Shown piece after piece: positions 39,354 through 43,678 of a stretch of 43,678 nt of DNA. Made by a program: the position numbers and the translations under genes. Within the stretch, counting starts at the first letter, position 1, and every line of letters starts with the position of its first letter. The stretch lies in contig JBEPZZ010000010.1 in the NCBI GenBank assembly GCA_041640575.1, forward strand, positions 7,519 to 51,196, read 5' to 3'. This DNA is from Pseudothermotoga sp. (lineage in GTDB: Bacteria > Thermotogota > Thermotogae > Thermotogales > DSM-5069). A model generated the notes under the pieces. The model had not been told where the DNA came from. It worked only from the letters and a program-made list of their open reading frames with translations, and did not search any database.

Positions 39354-40322
39354 TTACAACTGACCAACTTCTTTCAGATAACTTAATAAGAAACCTTTTA
39401 TGAAGCTCGACATATCTCGAACGATTGATATTGTGATATGCTTTAATTCTTCGAGTTCTGTCGATTTCTGCTTGAAATCTTCGAAAGTTAGAACACGTTG
39501 CTTAAGCTCCTCACCAAAATGTTTTCTCATCTGATAATCCACCGCAGCAAGATTGTTCAAACCAAGCAGTCTGATGCGTTGAATAAGTTCTCTTGAATTT
39601 TTCAATTTACGAGGTTCGGCAGATAGGATAGCATTTATAGTTTCAAAATCTCTAGTGTACAGAAGATATCCCAAGTATTCATCGTAAGAGTAATGTATGT
39701 TGCTCAGAAGCTTTGCATGACTTTTGTCCAATATAGCTATTAGTGTGTCAATAATTGTCCCTGGGGCGTTGTGATAAGGCATTGAGAGATCTTGTAGATG
39801 ATGGATCGCCCTTGCTAGGAACCTATATCCCCAGTACTCATCGCCTTTTGCAAAAGCTTCTCGAGACATGCTTATGAAGTGAATAAAGCTTTCGCTACCC
39901 TCGAAGAAATCAACTATGAGTAATCGATATTTCATGTGCCTAACTCCTTGACTATTACCAATCAATCCCTGCATTGGAGATAGCTGCAATCCCTCGTCCA
40001 TGCCCAAATCAGGTTCGACTGAATAAATTGTGAGTACCTGCCAGATCGGGGCCTTTCCATTGTACGGTTTCGGATCAGGTGGATAAAAAATAGCCTCCTT
40101 CGGAACGAAATTTTTGATAAACTCTCCGCAATAGTCTTCGAGTGTCAAATATTGAGTATTGTAGGCTCTTTTCTCATTGTACGAATAAGGAGTAATGTTT
40201 AGCATTCTGTTTCCATTTGGCAGCTTTTGCACTATGAGGTAAGTCAATGTTTCGTGGGCTGACCATGCAAAAACTGTGTAGAAAATGCATAATAAGAAGG
40301 CTAAAATAAAGAACTTTTTCAT
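39354..40322 (-). CDS. Secreted Zn-dependent phospholipase C / P1-nuclease-fold protein
   Basis: Signal peptide ending VFA|WSAH, EPD, HHLQDLSMPYH, HYSYDE. Start follows SD GGAGG. Confidence 0.78.
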   Translation of the reverse strand: MKKFFILAFLLCIFYTVFAWSAHETLTYLIVQKLPNGNRMLNITPYSYNEKRAYNTQYLTLEDYCGEFIKNFVPKEAIFYPPDPKPYNGKAPIWQVLTIYSVEPDLGMDEGLQLSPMQGLIGNSQGVRHMKYRLLIVDFFEGSESFIHFISMSREAFAKGDEYWGYRFLARAIHHLQDLSMPYHNAPGTIIDTLIAILDKSHAKLLSNIHYSYDEYLGYLLYTRDFETINAILSAEPRKLKNSRELIQRIRLLGLNNLAAVDYQMRKHFGEELKQRVLTFEDFKQKSTELEELKHITISIVRDMSSFIKGFLLSYLKEVGQL

Positions 40323-40532
40323 CACAATTCCCTCCCAGTTTATGGTATCACAAAAATGAGCATACACTTGAACCAGAGAGCATACATGAGAAAAAGAAAG
40401 AAAAAGATACTTAGACGCTAATTAAACCAGATTGGCAACAATTGCCAACATTTGCCAGATTTGGCTGATTATGACTAATATGATAATATGTTTGTGGAAA
40501 AGTAACAGTATTGCTACATAGGAGGGATTAGT

Positions 40533-41768
40533 ATGAGCAGTAGATACTTCATGGATTTGGAATACGAGTACGGTGCGCACAATTATAAACCAATACCAGT
40601 CGTGATTGAAAGAGCCGAGAGAGTCTGGGTTTGGGATGTGGAAGGAAGGAAATACCTTGACATGTTGTCGGCTTATTCTGCTTTGAATCACGGTCACAGG
40701 CATCCTAAAATCATAAAGGCACTTTTGGATCAGATTGAAAAAGTAGCTCTCACTTCAAGAGCATTTTATAACAATGTCCTTGGACTCTTTGAAGAGAAAC
40801 TCGCTAAATTTGCTGGATACAACAAAGTTTTGCCGATGAATACAGGAGCAGAGGCTGTTGAAAGCGCTCTGAAAATTGCTCGCAAATGGGCTTACTACAA
40901 GAAAGGTATACCAATGAACGAGGGTAATATCATAGCAGTCGAGGGAAATTTCCATGGTAGAACTATAACTATAGTTTCCTTCTCTACAGAGCATCAGTAC
41001 CGCGATGGTTTCGGACCGTACACGCCAGGTTTTAAGATAGGACCTTTTGGTGACGCAACAGCAATTGAAAATTTGATTGATGATAAAACCATAGGTGTTC
41101 TAGTCGAACCGATACAAGGAGAAGGTGGCGTGAGAGTGCCACCAAATGGGTACTTAAAGACTCTGAGAGAAATAGCAGATAAACATAAGATATTGTTGAT
41201 GTTTGATGAGATTCAAACTGGTCTTGGAAGAACTGGAAAGATGTTTGCATGGCAGTGGGAAGATGCGAAACCAGACATCTTGATTCTTGGTAAAGCGCTT
41301 GGCGGAGGTGTCTATCCTGTCTCGGCCGTACTTGCAAATAACGAGATCATGGATGTCCTGAAACCGGGGGATCATGGTTCTACATTCGGTGGGAATCCAT
41401 TGGCTGCAGCTGTTGGTATTGCCGCGCTTGAAGTTTTAAAGGAAGAAAAACTGGATGAACGCGCAAGAGAACTTGGTGAATATTTCATGAATCAACTGCG
41501 CTTGATTGAGAGCGATTACGTCAAGGAAGTTCGCGGGAAAGGACTTTTGATTGGAGTTGAGATCAAGCATCAATACGGTTCGGCTAGACCATTTTGTGAG
41601 AAGTTGGCACAACTAGGAATTCTCGCAAAAGAAACGCACGAGCAGGTCATCAGGTTTGCGCCTCCTCTTGTAATTGAAAAGGATGAAATAGATATGGCCT
41701 TGGAAAAAATTAGACGGGTTCTGACGGAACCCATCAAGGTGCGGGATGTCAACAAGAAGTTGGCTTGA
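40533..41768 (+). CDS. rocD: Ornithine--oxo-acid transaminase
   Basis: GAHNY.P, DMLSAYSALNHGH, PMNTGAEAVE, FHGRT, EPIQGEGG, DEIQTGLGRTG, LGKALGGG. Confidence 0.93.
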   Translation: MSSRYFMDLEYEYGAHNYKPIPVVIERAERVWVWDVEGRKYLDMLSAYSALNHGHRHPKIIKALLDQIEKVALTSRAFYNNVLGLFEEKLAKFAGYNKVLPMNTGAEAVESALKIARKWAYYKKGIPMNEGNIIAVEGNFHGRTITIVSFSTEHQYRDGFGPYTPGFKIGPFGDATAIENLIDDKTIGVLVEPIQGEGGVRVPPNGYLKTLREIADKHKILLMFDEIQTGLGRTGKMFAWQWEDAKPDILILGKALGGGVYPVSAVLANNEIMDVLKPGDHGSTFGGNPLAAAVGIAALEVLKEEKLDERARELGEYFMNQLRLIESDYVKEVRGKGLLIGVEIKHQYGSARPFCEKLAQLGILAKETHEQVIRFAPPLVIEKDEIDMALEKIRRVLTEPIKVRDVNKKLA

Positions 41769-42876
41769 TGAGCTCAGGTCAACTTGGATTCTTACAATCC
41801 TTATCACAAAGCTGTGGGCAATTCTAGGTTTAGCCCACAGCTTTTATCTTTTTGTTCCGGAAGTTGAATACATTGTTCCTATTGAATCTGCCAAAGAGCT
41901 TGTTTTTGCCGGTCAAAGATCTTCGGGAAACGAATTTACCTTGATTTCTTTACAGGAGGAAGAGTTTATTGTTAGAACTGAAACTTTTATTTTAAGTCGA
42001 AAAACAAAAGTTAACTGGGTGGTTGCTGATAAGTTCGGAAGAATTGTTGCTGTTGGTTATTCCACGGATTCCACGAATTCTAAAACAACTGTGGTTGTAA
42101 TCTATGAAGAAGGATTCTTGAAGTTGTACCCAATGAAGCTTTTCAACGACGAAGAATGGGCTCGATATCTTGCAGTGAATTCTGATGGGTTGATAATCGT
42201 TGGTGGAACAAACTTCAAAACCGGAAATTGGTTTGATGCTTTTGCCTGCAAAATCTCTTTCGATGGGAAATTGGTTTGGAAAAAAAGAATTGGTGGTTCA
42301 GCTGATGAATGGTTCGGGTACGTTTTGAATACGAGCACAGGTTATCTTTGCGTTGGTGCCACAGAAACTTACGGCAGCGGTAGCGCAGATTTTTTGTGTG
42401 CTTTTTATTCCCGTTCCGGAAAGCTTTTTTGGAGAAACGTGACAGGTTCAAGCCACTGGGACCAAGCAATGGGGGCTGTTGAAATGTCTGATGGTTTTTT
42501 CGTTGTCGGTTGGTCAAAGTCATTCAGCGTATACCCAAGTGGATTGTTGGTGAAGATAAATCACCAAGGAAAGACTATACTCCAAAGAGTTCTTGACCTA
42601 GGGAAAGATTTTATTCCAAAGCGAATCTTGAAAGTTACTAAGGACAAATTTGTGATCGCTGGAGAACTATGGAACGAATCCAGTCGATGGGACCCAGTGA
42701 TTCTTTTTGTTGATGATAGAGGAAGTTTGATTGAGCAGCAAATCTTCCAGATAGCTGACGATCAAAGTGTTGAGGGTATGGTAATTTTCAATAAGTACTT
42801 GATAATAACTGGCTCAAGCGAAAATGAAGAAGGAAAGCAAATAGGTCTTTTTGTGTTTTACCCACTTGAACATTAA
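41746..42876 (+). CDS. Hypothetical exported/anchored repeat protein, probable beta-propeller
   Basis: Hydrophobic N-terminus; roughly 50-aa repeats (WKKRIGGSADEW...VGAT, WRNVTGSSHWDQ...VGWS, D.WVxKxxxxG-like). Confidence 0.7.
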   Translation: MSTRSWLDELRSTWILTILITKLWAILGLAHSFYLFVPEVEYIVPIESAKELVFAGQRSSGNEFTLISLQEEEFIVRTETFILSRKTKVNWVVADKFGRIVAVGYSTDSTNSKTTVVVIYEEGFLKLYPMKLFNDEEWARYLAVNSDGLIIVGGTNFKTGNWFDAFACKISFDGKLVWKKRIGGSADEWFGYVLNTSTGYLCVGATETYGSGSADFLCAFYSRSGKLFWRNVTGSSHWDQAMGAVEMSDGFFVVGWSKSFSVYPSGLLVKINHQGKTILQRVLDLGKDFIPKRILKVTKDKFVIAGELWNESSRWDPVILFVDDRGSLIEQQIFQIADDQSVEGMVIFNKYLIITGSSENEEGKQIGLFVFYPLEH

Positions 42877-43678
42877 ACGAAATTTAGCATTTGGAACTAT
42901 AGTTCGAGAAAAAACTGTTGAAAATGGAGTAATAAAAACTTTTAGTGTTCTTTGAAACAAAGAATTTATCTATATACTCCTCAATGATCAATTAGCAGCA
43001 AAAGTTTGCTTGAATTTGGTAAGTTAAAAAGGTCATTAATTTGAAAGATTATGGAATAGCGTAACTTGTGCTGCAAAAAGAGAATCATTCTTCTGTACAA
43101 AATTCGACAATGGAAGAGCCAAAACGTAGTACAACAAACTCGATTAAGTCTTTTGCAATGTGTTGTCTCCTTGTTCGCAGTGAGTCGAAAGTGCTTAAGA
43201 ATATGATATGTAAACTTCTGGCTGAAGAAGGATTCTACGTTTTATGCACATATCCTTGTGATAGTAACGACTATGAAGAAGATTTCATGATTCTTACCTG
43301 ATGGGGAATCGCTAAGCAAGATTTCTGAGTATTTTTAAGCGGCAGATCGGCTTCATTAACTTGAACAAATGACCATTGCGACATAACCGGTATAAACTGC
43401 AGCGTACCTATGACGAATTGTGCAGTAAGGCATACACATCCTTTCGAACCAGCGTAATAAAAGGTTGAATGTCCTAGTGATGAATGGTTACACTTTTTCA
43501 GTGTGGGCCATTTGTTCGACATTTGAAAAAGTCTCAAACATAATGTTGAGGCAGATCACAATGGCAAGTTTAACAACTACAAACCGATAGTGGGGTTTTT
43601 CGAATAAAAGCTTACACAAATGCTAGAAAAATTGGATGCCAGGAAAATCTTCAGAACTTGAGACGAAAGAGAAGATGG
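42877..43678. other. ORF-poor region, possibly decayed coding sequence
   Basis: About 800 bp with only short, unrecognisable ORFs in an otherwise very compact window. Confidence 0.35.

Noticed and set aside
40432..40466. Sigma54 (-24/-12) promoter upstream of rocD
   Set aside because: The TGGC...TTGC-like matches have GG-to-GC spacing of 8-9 nt, not the required 10.
43530..43610. IS6-like transposase remnant (HNVEADHN resembling NxxEQDH)
   Set aside because: The match is too short, and no other DDE motifs or terminal inverted repeats are visible.

Overview
This is core chromosomal DNA of a Thermotogae bacterium (Thermotoga/Pseudothermotoga-like), judged from protein motifs and gene order. 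It is densely packed into about 40 genes. Plus strand: ogg(partial)-gltX-cysS-glyA-HerA-like ATPase-amidohydrolase. Minus strand: radical-SAM-linked protein, receiver, PP2C phosphatase, yebC, putative beta-barrel, cheR, lspA, RluA-family synthase, dnaE, then tRNA-Thr(GGU). Next come an HD phosphohydrolase, a lytic transglycosylase/two-component/DUF1385 operon, and dnaX-ybaB-gap-pgk/tpi. A long minus run follows (drrA-hpkA-pdp-phosphodiester glycosidase-EF-G paralog-DUF503-yqeK-LCP-like-glutaredoxin-comB). The window ends with three pilin-like genes, a secreted Zn-PLC/P1-nuclease-like enzyme, rocD, a propeller-like protein and about 800 bp of ORF-poor DNA. I found no CRISPR array, integrase or intact IS. 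The most interesting signals are expression-level features the ORF track misses: (1) the pgk-tpi fusion through a -1 shift on an A9 run (known in T. maritima); (2) mutually exclusive hairpins at the pgk SD; (3) a response regulator that appears to start at ATC; (4) a GNRA hairpin between the SD and ATG of drrA; (5) an 11-bp palindrome enclosing the glutaredoxin -10 box and overlapping its SD. Notable proteins are a degenerate LCP-like protein, a candidate outer-membrane barrel and a minor-pilin tip cluster. All family calls come from reading motifs by eye; no searches were run.
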